From an uncultured Fibrobacterota bacterium (GTDB lineage Bacteria > Fibrobacterota > Chitinivibrionia > Chitinivibrionales > FEN-1185), in NCBI GenBank assembly GCA_963729895.1, contig CAVSQB010000003.1, forward strand, positions 32,001 to 96,000: a stretch of 64,000 nt of DNA, given 5' to 3'. Positions 9,286 to 19,319 of the stretch are shown piece by piece (the stretch's first letter is position 1; each line of letters begins with the position of its first letter). The position numbers and the translations under genes are program-made. The notes beneath the pieces are model-generated. The model ran no database searches. It was not told the DNA's origin and saw only the letters and a program-made list of their open reading frames with translations.

Positions 9286-11313
9286 TTATTTCAAACCACC
9301 CTTAAAATTAAACAAACACGACTCCGGGAACTTCTTCTCGTTAGCATAGCAATCCAGTATCTCGTTCAACACCTTTTCATCCGGGTCCATAAAGCTCAAA
9401 TCCACGCAGAACGTTATTATCCCGAGATCCTCCAGTTTCCGCCGTTTGTGGAACAGCGACACGGTCTCTTCCGCAATCAGGTAATACAACCCGTGTTTTT
9501 CGGCGGTGAGTGTTTTCCTCCCGAGCCTGTCGGTGAGATGACTCCCCGGAGGAACCGCGGGTTTCATCCGCGACACGAACAGCGGAACATGCGTAAACAG
9601 GTACGCCATTCCGTTTTGTGAACGACAGTCCCTGATGTTCATGGAATCGTCTTCCAGCGAGTACGAGAAATGCGTGAGGCCAAGCGACGCGTACGCCGCC
9701 TGCGACGCCCTGTTGGTGCACCAGAGCAGGTAGTCGCCGCGCAGCCGCGTTGCCTTCTGCGCCAGCGCGATGTGTCCCAGATTCTGGCACACAAGGCCGC
9801 ATTGTCCGTCCACGCAGAGCGTCTGAATGAGGCGGCGCCATTCGCCGAGCTCCGTTTCCCCGACAAACGGCGGTGGCTCGATATAGGCGGCGCGGCCCAG
9901 GCGTTCCCGCTGGGGACCGTCCAGAACGAACCGCTGCATGTCGTTTTTGTCAAACCCGCACATGACGCCGCCCACGTCCGGCCTGGCGAGCAGCGGCAGC
10001 CACTGCGGCGAATCTATCTTGAAAAACAGCCGTCTGTCGCGGTTCGGATCGCGGGGCGCTTTAGGCTCGCTGTTCCGCAGGGCCCGGCGCGCGTCGGGAA
10101 AAAGCTCGGCGTAGCGGGCGGGGCGCACGTTGAACCGCTCCTCCCGGCCGCCCACGCCTCCCCTTCCCACGCAATACACCGCGTCGCCGGCATGGCAGGC
10201 GACCTCTTTGTCAAGCACGAGACAGAGCGTGTGGTGCTGCACAGAGGCCTTCACAACGCGTGCCATGATTCCTTCGTCGCCGGACCGCGGCTGGACCCGC
10301 AGTATGTCGCCGGCATGCACCGTCTCCTCCCCAGCCACCGCCATCTCCCGTCCGTCCACCGATGCCGCCGTGCCGACGTACACGCCGGTCCCCGCAGGAT
10401 TCTTCGCGTCAATGATGGATTCCTGCACAATCCCGTTCAGAAACAGGGCCGTTTTTCTTCTGCCCATATCGTGGCGGAGCAGTCCCCGTGCTTCCTGAAT
10501 CCTTGACGGATCGTCGAGCGCCATGCGGTAGGCGGCCACAGCGGTGCGGACGTACTCCGCGCCTTTCATCCTTCCCTCGATCTTGAGGCTCCTCACGCCC
10601 GCCGCGGCCAGCTGCGGCAGCATGTCGACCGCGCTCAAGTCGTTCGGCGAGAAGAAATATTCCGGCGCCGCGCCCTCAACCCGGGGCGAAACATCAAACG
10701 CCCGCCTGCACACCTGGGTGCACCTGCCGCGGTTGCCGCTCGATCCGCCGAAGAAACTGGACGCAAGGCACATGCCCGACAGAGAGTAACACAGCGCACC
10801 GTGGGCAAACACCTCAATCTCGACCGTGCCTGCGGAACAAAGTTTCCCGATCTCTTCGAGCGTGAGCTCGCGCGCCGCAACAGCCCGCCGTATTCCCAGG
10901 CGCCTGCAGGTCTCCACACCCGCGCTGTTGTGCACACTCATCTGCGTGCTTGCATGCAGCCGCAGGCGCGGGAATGTTGCGGCCGCGACAGTAATGACGC
11001 CCACGTCCTGCACGATAATTGCATCAATGCCGATCTGCTCGAGTTGGTACAGGAAATGGAGGGCACGCTCGAGCTCCATCTGCTTGACGAGCGTATTCAA
11101 GGTCACGTACACCTTCACGTTTCTCTCGTGCGCATACGGAACGGCATACGACAGGGTCTTCATGGTAAAATTCTTCGCGCGAAGCCGGGCATTGAAATCC
11201 GTGAGCCCGAGGTAGACCGCGTCCGCGCCCGCGTTCACGGCGGCCCGGAAGCTTTCCACGGCGCCTGCGGGAGCAAGGAGTTCCATGCGGGGCCGGTTTT
11301 TAGTATCTTTCAT
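9286..11313 (-). CDS. U32 family peptidase (RlhA/TrhP-like RNA hydroxylation protein)
   Basis: ELLAPAG, GADAVYLG, LHASTQ, HGALCYSLSGMC, NRGRCTQVCR, SLKIEGRMK. Confidence 0.9.
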   Translation of the reverse strand: MKDTKNRPRMELLAPAGAVESFRAAVNAGADAVYLGLTDFNARLRAKNFTMKTLSYAVPYAHERNVKVYVTLNTLVKQMELERALHFLYQLEQIGIDAIIVQDVGVITVAAATFPRLRLHASTQMSVHNSAGVETCRRLGIRRAVAARELTLEEIGKLCSAGTVEIEVFAHGALCYSLSGMCLASSFFGGSSGNRGRCTQVCRRAFDVSPRVEGAAPEYFFSPNDLSAVDMLPQLAAAGVRSLKIEGRMKGAEYVRTAVAAYRMALDDPSRIQEARGLLRHDMGRRKTALFLNGIVQESIIDAKNPAGTGVYVGTAASVDGREMAVAGEETVHAGDILRVQPRSGDEGIMARVVKASVQHHTLCLVLDKEVACHAGDAVYCVGRGGVGGREERFNVRPARYAELFPDARRALRNSEPKAPRDPNRDRRLFFKIDSPQWLPLLARPDVGGVMCGFDKNDMQRFVLDGPQRERLGRAAYIEPPPFVGETELGEWRRLIQTLCVDGQCGLVCQNLGHIALAQKATRLRGDYLLWCTNRASQAAYASLGLTHFSYSLEDDSMNIRDCRSQNGMAYLFTHVPLFVSRMKPAVPPGSHLTDRLGRKTLTAEKHGLYYLIAEETVSLFHKRRKLEDLGIITFCVDLSFMDPDEKVLNEILDCYANEKKFPESCLFNFKGGLK

Positions 11314-11480
11314 GATGCAGGAAAAATATATGGGTCTCCGTTACACAATGACTAGACTGGTTTTTTTCCTGGATTCGGAAAAAAGCCCATTAAGTATTTC
11401 TCTGCGTTCTGTGCGCCTTTGCGGTGAGTTTTTGCCTTTTTACTGTATCCATCACCACCCCTGATCACAGGAGGACTTTC

Positions 11481-11840
11481 ATGCCGCTTGCCACCCTCTC
11501 CATCGTCGACCTTTTGCTTCGCGCCGTCATCGGCGACGACGAATGGGAGCGCGACGTCAAACAGGATGTGCTCATCAACGTCTCGTTTACCTTCGACGCC
11601 TCGCGGGCGGTGGCGTCCGACGCGCTGGCCGACACGATAAATTACAAGCAGCTCAAGCGCAAGATCATCGCCGACGTGGAGAATTCCCGGCACCGGCTCA
11701 TCGAAAAACTGGCGGCGCGGATACTCGTCCTTGTGATGGAGGACCCTCGCGTGACAAACGCAACCGTGCGGGTCGACAAGCCGCAGGCCTTGCGGTATGC
11801 CAAAAGCGTGGCCGTGGAGATGAGCGAGAAGCGAGGGTAG
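11481..11840 (+). CDS. folB: dihydroneopterin aldolase (FolB/FolX family)
   Basis: IGDDEWER, SDALADTINY, LIEKLA, VDKPQAL; AGGAGG RBS. Confidence 0.88.
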   Translation: MPLATLSIVDLLLRAVIGDDEWERDVKQDVLINVSFTFDASRAVASDALADTINYKQLKRKIIADVENSRHRLIEKLAARILVLVMEDPRVTNATVRVDKPQALRYAKSVAVEMSEKRG

Positions 11841-11930
11841 GGCCGACTCGGGCAAAGCGAGGATTTCCCGTGACCGGCGGAAGGGCGCACCAGGAACGCC
11901 CACTTTCTTTTTTCTCCCCAAAAGAATACG

Positions 11931-13538
11931 CTACGCGTACACCCGGTAGTTGATATTTGGGAATATGTTATTGTGGGATTCGAGAAGCGAGAGAAAATTC
12001 CCGTCGATGTGATTCCCCTGAAGTTCGTCGTACAGCCGGTTGAAATTGGCGATGTGTTCCTTTGAACGCCTCACCGCGTATTGGACCATGGTGCCGGTCT
12101 TCATGATGAAGGCCCAGTCGCTGGACTGCGCAAGCAACAGCTCGCGCGCCATCTGGTTGAGCGCCCGGCGCAGAAGGCCGTCGGCTTCGGGATGGTGCGT
12201 GGCAACGGCCACCATCCGTTCCTCCATTTTGTGAAGGTGCCGGTAGAGCCAGTCGTTGCTGCCTTCGAGCCACACTTCCGAATAACCCTTGTACCCCCAG
12301 CTCGAAAACGAGGGCCTGCAGATCTGGTTGCGCGGGTTTTCGGTGAGATACTCCGACGCGGTGCAGAGGGCCACGGTGTTCTGGTCGAACGCAGCTTTAC
12401 GGATGAGGTAATCGAGCCATTCGGGGCCCTCGTACCACCAGTGGCCGAACAGCTCCGCGTCGTACGGGGCGACGATAATCGGCTTCCGGTCCATCATGGA
12501 TGCCAGGTACTCGATCTGCCTTTCCCTGTTGAACATGAAATTGCCCGCGTGCTGGGCCGCCTTTTCCAGCGCGGCGGCCCGGCTGTAGGGCTCCTTGCGT
12601 TCGGTTTTGCCGGTAATCCTGTAGTATTTGATGCCCGTATTGATGCGGATGCCGATGGGGTCGATATAGGGACGAATGTAGTCGATGTCGAGGTCGAAGC
12701 CGATGTCCCGGTAGAATTCCCTGTAGTCAAAGTCGCCCGGATACCCTTCCTTCGAGCTCCACACCGATTTCGACGATTCGATATCCCTGCCGAACGCCGC
12801 CACGTGTGTTCCTTCACAGAAGACGGGGGCGAACACTCCGTATTTGGGGCGCGGCTCGCCGAACAGGATGCCGTGCGCGTCGCTGAAGAAATACAGGATG
12901 CCCGCCGCCTCGAGGAACTTTTCGAGCCCGTTGTAGTAGCCGCACTCCGGCAGCCACATGCCCACCGGATTCCTCCCGAAGAAATCGCGGTACGACTGGA
13001 CCGCCACCTCCACCTGCGCACGCACCGCATTGGGATTGAACTGCATGGTGGGCAAAAACCCGTGCGTGGCACCGCACGTGATGATTTCCAGCGAACCCTG
13101 GTCCTGGAGTTTCCGGAAGTTCTTGACAATATTACACTGGTTGACGTCAACGAATATGGTCTTGCACTTTAAGAATTTATCGAGGTACATCTGCGCGGTC
13201 CGGTTGAACTCGGGCTGGCTTTTGGTACGCACGCATTCCTTTTCGGCAAGTTCGATAAGGCGCTCCACATGCCGCACGTACCGCTCCTGAAGCAGGGAAT
13301 CGGCAAGCATGGAAGCAAGCGGCGGCGTTAGCGACATCGTGATCTTGAAAGGCACCTGGTCGTGCACCAGGTTTTCAAATACGGCAAGCAGGGGGATGTA
13401 CGTTTCGGTGATGGCCTCAAACAGCCAGTTTTCCTCGAGGAAATAGTCGCATTCCTGGTGCCGTACATAGGGAAGGTGGGCATGCAGCACGATGCACAGG
13501 TACCCTCGCACGTCACTTTTGCGGGCGGTGATCTCCAT
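11931..13538 (-). CDS. GH57 1,4-alpha-glucan branching enzyme
   Basis: LHAHLPYV, ETYIPLL, GMWLPECGY, PYDAELFGHWWYEG, ELLLAQSSDWAF. Confidence 0.93.
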   Translation of the reverse strand: MEITARKSDVRGYLCIVLHAHLPYVRHQECDYFLEENWLFEAITETYIPLLAVFENLVHDQVPFKITMSLTPPLASMLADSLLQERYVRHVERLIELAEKECVRTKSQPEFNRTAQMYLDKFLKCKTIFVDVNQCNIVKNFRKLQDQGSLEIITCGATHGFLPTMQFNPNAVRAQVEVAVQSYRDFFGRNPVGMWLPECGYYNGLEKFLEAAGILYFFSDAHGILFGEPRPKYGVFAPVFCEGTHVAAFGRDIESSKSVWSSKEGYPGDFDYREFYRDIGFDLDIDYIRPYIDPIGIRINTGIKYYRITGKTERKEPYSRAAALEKAAQHAGNFMFNRERQIEYLASMMDRKPIIVAPYDAELFGHWWYEGPEWLDYLIRKAAFDQNTVALCTASEYLTENPRNQICRPSFSSWGYKGYSEVWLEGSNDWLYRHLHKMEERMVAVATHHPEADGLLRRALNQMARELLLAQSSDWAFIMKTGTMVQYAVRRSKEHIANFNRLYDELQGNHIDGNFLSLLESHNNIFPNINYRVYA

Positions 13539-13571
13539 CGTGCTCCTTGATGACAAAATGGCCGGCCGCGC

Positions 13572-14519
13572 TCATCGCAGGGAACCCGAGCCGGACCCCG
13601 AACCTGCGTTAAGCGCGACAGGGGAAACCTTCGGCGAGTTCTCGCTCGCGCCGGGACCGTGGCCTGCGCCGTATCCCGAGAGCCGGATGAGTTCGTCGGT
13701 GGAGGCGGTGGTCCATTCCTGGTCGAGTACGGCCGACAGGCTGCTTCGCGGCATCTGCGCGGCGTTTGAATTGACAGCAGAGAAGAACCGCAGGTCGGGA
13801 GTGAGAATGCCGCACTGGAGCATGTAGGACCGGCCCGGTTCCCACACCTTGACGTACCAGGTGGTCGCATAGGGAGAAAGTTCGATGTCCATGTGCCGCC
13901 ACGCGTTTGCGCCGTTGTACACGACATCGGTGACGTCAAGCACGCGCAGCACCCATTTCGAACTGTTGAAAACATCGGCGCCCACGTGCCGGCGCATGAG
14001 TTCCACGGTCTCGCCGGACAACTCCCAGTACGCAAAAAGCCATTGCGCATCTCTCGGGATCGCGCGCATATATGTTTCGTTGTATTTGTCCGGAATCTCC
14101 GTTGAAAAGAAGTACTTTGGCCCCATCGCCGCTTCCCGTCCGCGCGTAGAAGCAAGCGCGGGCCCGGCGCCCATTGAACGCGCCGGGGAGGCCGGCAGCG
14201 TGGAAGGAATCCGCACGGCCTCCGATTGCGCAACGTGCCGCCATGGTGTCTTCCCGACGGACCGTGCAGGAAGCGAGGCCTTCCCATTTGCGGTGACCGA
14301 CTTTTGTGATCGTGCCCCGGCAAAGAGAGTTTTCGGGATGGTTGTGCGTGCGACCGCGGCGTTGGGCTTTGCCTTGGCTCGCGGTGCAGCACGGCGTTTG
14401 GCCGCGGGTTTTGCCGGCCGTTTTCCCGCAGTCGAAGGCTTTTTGACAGGCGGTAATGCCGCCGGCCTGACGGTTCCCGCTTTTCTTCTGGCTCCGGCCC
14501 TCCTGGACTGTACCGGCAC
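13572..14519 (-). CDS. DUF4912 domain protein with basic Ala/Lys/Pro-rich N-terminus
   Basis: IPDKYNET...PRDAQWLFAYWE...LRVLDVT...WYV pattern; typical GH57 neighbour; start approximate. Confidence 0.8.
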   Translation of the reverse strand: MPVQSRRAGARRKAGTVRPAALPPVKKPSTAGKRPAKPAAKRRAAPRAKAKPNAAVARTTIPKTLFAGARSQKSVTANGKASLPARSVGKTPWRHVAQSEAVRIPSTLPASPARSMGAGPALASTRGREAAMGPKYFFSTEIPDKYNETYMRAIPRDAQWLFAYWELSGETVELMRRHVGADVFNSSKWVLRVLDVTDVVYNGANAWRHMDIELSPYATTWYVKVWEPGRSYMLQCGILTPDLRFFSAVNSNAAQMPRSSLSAVLDQEWTTASTDELIRLSGYGAGHGPGASENSPKVSPVALNAGSGSGSGSLR

Positions 14520-14547
14520 GATCACTCCATTCGCAAGAAGGTGTCCG

Positions 14548-15792
14548 TCAGTAAGTGCTCTTTGAAGATTGCACCCACTTGTGCCCGCCATTGAACCCGA
14601 ACGCGAGGCGGATGAAATCTTCGCTGTAGCCTGAGAACTGTCCGCTCTGCCGCCTGCCGATCTCCAGAGCAATGTCGAGAATTCCCGTACCTCTACCCAT
14701 GGGAAGCCCGGTCCCGAGGCTCACAAGATACTCGTAAGAGTCCTTTGCCGCAAGCTGGCTGATTTGCACGCCGGCCCTGTAGCGGATTGTTTCCCAGTAC
14801 CGCGGAGTGAGAAGGTTGGGCGCCGGAATATATTGAGCGCCCAGGGAGAATCCGGCCGCGGTGCCGACTTCGGGCTGAGGAAGCATTCCCTGTACCTGGG
14901 CATACTTCCAAAACACAAGGGACAGGTCTGCGGCAACAAGCCATTCCGGCGAAAAATCGTAACTGAGGCCCAGAGAAGCGGACGGCGGAAGCCTGAGATT
15001 GAAGGAACTTGAGGTGGCGGAATTCACCGCCGACGCAGTATCGCCGTAGGAATAGAGTGCCCGGGTGAAAGACGCGGAGCTGTTGAAAAAGTATTCGCCG
15101 GTGAGACCTACCCGCAAGCTGCCGACCGGCACCACAATCCCGGCCCGAACGCCGTTGCCGCTGGAACCTATGTGGGTACTGTCGCGCGAATTGGAGGCAC
15201 CGGACGTATCGGTGCCCGACGCCAGCTCCAATTCCGACAGTATGGTTTGTTCTGCGGAGAGATAGAATCGCTCGTACGAAATTCCCACCTGTGCAACCTT
15301 CCGGATCGACCTTCCCCATCCGATTTGCCACGAATACATTCCGCCGCGCGCCGACAGGCCCTGGCCGTAGATGGCGGACGTATTCTTGTAAGTGAATGAC
15401 GTCTCGCTTTCGAAAAGGGAAGTGCGGTCGTCGCGTTGTTCGAGCGAGATACCGAACGTTCCCACGGCGCCCACCGGCACGCCGATTGATATCTGCACAG
15501 GATTTGCCGCGTAGAAATTCGTGTGCGACGCCTGCGCGGAAATTTGCGTGAAGTCGAAGGAAAACAACGCCGAGAGCACGGTCCTGTCTATGGAGCCGAG
15601 GTTGGCCGGGTTGAGCAGCATCACGTTGTTCTCCGCTGCAACCGCGCAACCCGCGCCGCCCATGGAAAGAGACATGCCCGAATTGGGCTGGACGGGGATG
15701 CCGAAAGGGAAGGTGAGCCCCAGCAGCGACTGGCCGAAACTCGCGGCCGCAAACCCTGCGCACAAAACGAAAAGAAACGACCTGCTCTTCAT
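14548..15792 (-). CDS. outer-membrane beta-barrel protein (FadL/PorV-like)
   Basis: Signal peptide, SLSMGGAG and LNPANL N-terminal motifs, alternating beta-strand pattern. Confidence 0.75.
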   Translation of the reverse strand: MKSRSFLFVLCAGFAAASFGQSLLGLTFPFGIPVQPNSGMSLSMGGAGCAVAAENNVMLLNPANLGSIDRTVLSALFSFDFTQISAQASHTNFYAANPVQISIGVPVGAVGTFGISLEQRDDRTSLFESETSFTYKNTSAIYGQGLSARGGMYSWQIGWGRSIRKVAQVGISYERFYLSAEQTILSELELASGTDTSGASNSRDSTHIGSSGNGVRAGIVVPVGSLRVGLTGEYFFNSSASFTRALYSYGDTASAVNSATSSSFNLRLPPSASLGLSYDFSPEWLVAADLSLVFWKYAQVQGMLPQPEVGTAAGFSLGAQYIPAPNLLTPRYWETIRYRAGVQISQLAAKDSYEYLVSLGTGLPMGRGTGILDIALEIGRRQSGQFSGYSEDFIRLAFGFNGGHKWVQSSKSTY

Positions 15793-15804
15793 TGCATCCC
15801 GCTG

Positions 15805-17490
15805 CTATTGAGGATTGGAAAACAACGCACTGCCCGTCATGGTCTTCTGGTTCCTGAAAATCACCCTCGCGAAATGGTCGGTGGGCCGTACCCACAGGTA
15901 AAGATATCCCGTCGGCGACTTTCCGTTTTCGTAGATGCTCTGGAGGAATATCTGCAAGGGCAGCGAAAACTGCGCAGGGGATTGGCTGATAACCGGTATT
16001 GGTATCAGCCGCCCCGCATTCATAATAGCCGCAAGGGAATCGCGCGTTCCGGAGCTTTGCGTCCTTGTGCCGGTTATCGAGTGGTCAAGCATCCCGAATA
16101 CGACCGACCGTGTCGTATCGGCGGTCCCTATTCTTTCAAACACGGGATCGGACGCGCTAAACAGGAATGAAGCGTCCTGAAGGATCCTGAAACTTCTGCC
16201 GGTTGCGCTGCTTGCCATTGAATCCCAGAGCGGCTGCAAGTCCACCTTAAGCTCGATGAGCCGGTCTGCCTGCCATGATGTCACCAGTGAATCTGCGGGG
16301 ATCGCCGGGGTTTCGATCACGCGCGTGTCGTAGTAGTAAACAGGACTTCCGCTCACAACGCTCTGGCGAAGCGTGTCGCTGCACTGATTGCGATAGGCGA
16401 TCCTGAACTGCGGCACCCCGCTGAACCTCATAAGGCCGCCGCCCGAGCCGTATAGGTGGACCGCAGCTATGAATTTCTCGGAGGAATCGAATGCCAGGAA
16501 CGTGATGATCGTTCTCGATCGCACGGCGGTGTAGCCGACAAAGGCGGTATCCCCCGACAGCACCGACGTGAGCCCGTCAATACTATCTGTAAATGGCAGG
16601 GTATCAGCCCGCACAAGCGTAGGTGCGGAGCCGCCGCTTGGAACACCTCGGCAGCTGACGATCGCGGTGTCCCTTCCCAAAACGGTATCGCGCTTGATCA
16701 CCGAGATAACGGTGTCTATTTTCGCAACGCCCGGCACAGTATCCCGCACCGCCTGGAAAGAGTCGGGGCCAGCGGTGTACAGAGTATCCGGCCTGCCGAG
16801 GGGCTTCGATGTATCGCCCTTCACGTTGCCAAAAACCGTGTCGATGGCGGCTACACGCGGGGCATAGGCGCTGGTGTCGGCAACCGCGCTCCTGAGAAGC
16901 GTGACAATGTCCATGCCGAGAGGAACGGCAAAGATGGAATCGGTGGTGAGCCGCGAAATGGTGACGCTGAACGGGCCCATGCTGTCCGCCGGCGAGAGGT
17001 CGTTCCGGATATGCGGGTAGTGTTTCCGTCCGCACGAAAAGACCCGGATCGTGTTGGAATCCTTGGAAAAGCCCGTGTCGTTGTTATAGGCAGCGTAGGT
17101 CAACAGGAGATAGACGCTGTCCACCTTGGAGGTGCTGCACGCGGCGCGAAGGGTTGCCAGGATTGAGTTGGTGGCGTGGAATTCCGCATAGGCAATGGCG
17201 CTGTCGCCATTGAAGCTTCCGGCCGTCAATTCCAGCGGATGGTCTCCCGATTGCAGCCTGTTCGGGCTTGTGTCGGCCCCCGCAACAATAATGCTGCGCG
17301 CGCCCAGCACGGGGAGGCTGAGGCTGTTGACGGCCTTGAATCCATGCTTGAGGTCTATGATGGTCGAGTCCAGGCTGTTGATTATGTTTCCGCCGATGTC
17401 TGTTGACGGAGCAAAAGGAGTCCAGCACGACAGGCCGAAACCCAGGCACGCGAGGAAAGGCACTAACACGCCGACACGTTTACAGTTCAT
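15805..17490 (-). CDS. hypothetical lipoprotein
   Basis: Lipobox-like FGLSC after hydrophobic stretch; D(S/T)-rich. Confidence 0.7.
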   Translation of the reverse strand: MNCKRVGVLVPFLACLGFGLSCWTPFAPSTDIGGNIINSLDSTIIDLKHGFKAVNSLSLPVLGARSIIVAGADTSPNRLQSGDHPLELTAGSFNGDSAIAYAEFHATNSILATLRAACSTSKVDSVYLLLTYAAYNNDTGFSKDSNTIRVFSCGRKHYPHIRNDLSPADSMGPFSVTISRLTTDSIFAVPLGMDIVTLLRSAVADTSAYAPRVAAIDTVFGNVKGDTSKPLGRPDTLYTAGPDSFQAVRDTVPGVAKIDTVISVIKRDTVLGRDTAIVSCRGVPSGGSAPTLVRADTLPFTDSIDGLTSVLSGDTAFVGYTAVRSRTIITFLAFDSSEKFIAAVHLYGSGGGLMRFSGVPQFRIAYRNQCSDTLRQSVVSGSPVYYYDTRVIETPAIPADSLVTSWQADRLIELKVDLQPLWDSMASSATGRSFRILQDASFLFSASDPVFERIGTADTTRSVVFGMLDHSITGTRTQSSGTRDSLAAIMNAGRLIPIPVISQSPAQFSLPLQIFLQSIYENGKSPTGYLYLWVRPTDHFARVIFRNQKTMTGSALFSNPQ

Positions 17491-17864
17491 TCGACTTGCC
17501 GTGGAATAATGGAAAAACAACGGAGGTTTGTTGCTGCACCGGAATGCCGGTCGACCACACAGCAACTTCACCTGTCAGGATAAGCGCCCGTGCTGCAATC
17601 AGAGGCGAACCTCAAAAGGCCGCGGTCAAAACCCCATAAATAGTTGTGATAATATAGGTTTGCTGTGTATAAATGTCAAACCCATTATGCAGCTTCTCCC
17701 GGGAAAATGGAGTACGGTCGGGTTACAAATTTCTTTTGGCTTTTTTTGCCGTGGCATAACCCGGCAATCAATTACTATATTCCTATAATTCCCGGTAGGA
17801 GAAACCGGAAAAACATGTACAGCCTCCCCTGCTTTTCATTGTGGAAAACGGGAACCTGTCTCGT

Positions 17865-19310
17865 ATGAGCATGCTGGTGAAACAGCCGACCGAATGCGAA
17901 CTGCTCGTTGTGGACGACGAGGAAGTCATCTGTTCCCTCATCGAAACCGCTCTCAAAGACCTGTGCCGCGTCTTTACGTGCGCAAGTGCGACAGAGGCCC
18001 TGTCGCTCATCGAAACGCACGATTTCGACGTCGTGATTGCCGATCTGAGGCTTCCCGACGCACCGGGCATCAACGTGCTCCGCGCGGCGCGCACAAAGGA
18101 CGACCATGCCGAATTGCTCATTGTCACCGGGCACGCGTCGTTTGAAACCGCCGAAGAAGCCATTGAAATAGGCCTGTCTTCCTATCTTGTGAAGCCTCTG
18201 TCAATGGCGGACCTGCGCCTGCAAGTTGAGAAAGCCATCGCCAACCGTCTTTTCCACCTGAAAAGCATCATGCTGATGCAGCGCTCAAACGACATCGCCC
18301 CCGACATCAAGAGCCATGTGTACGATATCACGTCGCTATTCCGGTTTTCCAGAAAGCTCATCCTGTCGCTTGATTTACCGGAAGTGATGCGGGTGGTGCT
18401 CGAAGAAGTGAACGAGCGGATGGATGTGCTGTACAGCGTCATAGGGCTCGAGTGCAGCGACACGCACGAGCTGTATGCCATGCCGCGTACGGGCGCCCTG
18501 GACGCCGCCCTCCTGCGGCAAGCCATTGCCGACAACTGGGAAACGGCATTTCCTTTCCTCGACGAAATTACGTTTGCAAAAGGGGAACTTCCCCTCACGC
18601 TGTACGAAAGCAGGCACGTCGGACCCTTTGTTTTTGAAACAAACGCACCCGTCGTGCTGCAGCTGAGCGTCATGAACAACCGCATCGGGTCGCTCGCCCT
18701 TTTCGGAAAGAAAGACTTTGTTCCCACACCCGACGAATACCAGTTCCTTCACGTGTTCACCTCGTTCGTGTCCTCAACTATCGAGCGTTCGTGCCTCCAC
18801 GTGCACACCAAGCTGCAGGCGCGGACCGACGGTCTTACGGGCATCGCAAACCACCGGTCGTTTCACGAGTCCCTTTCGCGCGAGATCGCGCGTGTCGACC
18901 GGAGCGGTTCGGTGTTCGGCCTCATTTTCATGGACATCGACAACTTCAAGAAAATCAACGACGCGTACGGCCATCTCGTGGGTGACGCGGTGATACGCGA
19001 CCTTGTGGCGCGCGTACTCAACATGATACGGCGCGCCGACACATTCGCAAGATACGGCGGCGATGAATTCGCGCTTATCCTTCCCGAAACCGGGCCCGAG
19101 GGCGCAAAGATCCTCGCGCAGCGCATCTGCAGGGAAATCGCGGCAACACCGTTCCTCTTTTCGCAGACAAGCATCCCCTATTCCGTGAGCATCGGCCTTT
19201 CCATTTACGATGGAAAACACCCCAGGGTAAAAGACCTGCTCATCGGCGACGCCGACAGGGCCATGTACCTTTCCAAGGCCGGCGGCAAAAGCAGGATAAC
19301 GGTGAGCTGA
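17865..19310 (+). CDS. response-regulator diguanylate cyclase (REC, GAF-like, GGDEF)
   Basis: LLVVDDE...IADLRLP receiver; DIDNFKKINDAYGH; RRAD I-site followed by RYGGDEF. Confidence 0.93.
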   Translation: MSMLVKQPTECELLVVDDEEVICSLIETALKDLCRVFTCASATEALSLIETHDFDVVIADLRLPDAPGINVLRAARTKDDHAELLIVTGHASFETAEEAIEIGLSSYLVKPLSMADLRLQVEKAIANRLFHLKSIMLMQRSNDIAPDIKSHVYDITSLFRFSRKLILSLDLPEVMRVVLEEVNERMDVLYSVIGLECSDTHELYAMPRTGALDAALLRQAIADNWETAFPFLDEITFAKGELPLTLYESRHVGPFVFETNAPVVLQLSVMNNRIGSLALFGKKDFVPTPDEYQFLHVFTSFVSSTIERSCLHVHTKLQARTDGLTGIANHRSFHESLSREIARVDRSGSVFGLIFMDIDNFKKINDAYGHLVGDAVIRDLVARVLNMIRRADTFARYGGDEFALILPETGPEGAKILAQRICREIAATPFLFSQTSIPYSVSIGLSIYDGKHPRVKDLLIGDADRAMYLSKAGGKSRITVS

Positions 19311-19319
19311 CATCCACCC

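Noticed and set aside
11398..11428. CTCTGCG-type short-repeat element
   Set aside because: Single degenerate arm with no inverted partner
11841..11903. Additional copy of the TTGGGCG structured repeat
   Set aside because: Only GGGCGTTCC matches on the minus strand; internal blocks and the closing AACGC are absent
17575..17700. c-di-GMP riboswitch upstream of the diguanylate cyclase
   Set aside because: Only a vague GGCGAAC resemblance; conserved second stem not found
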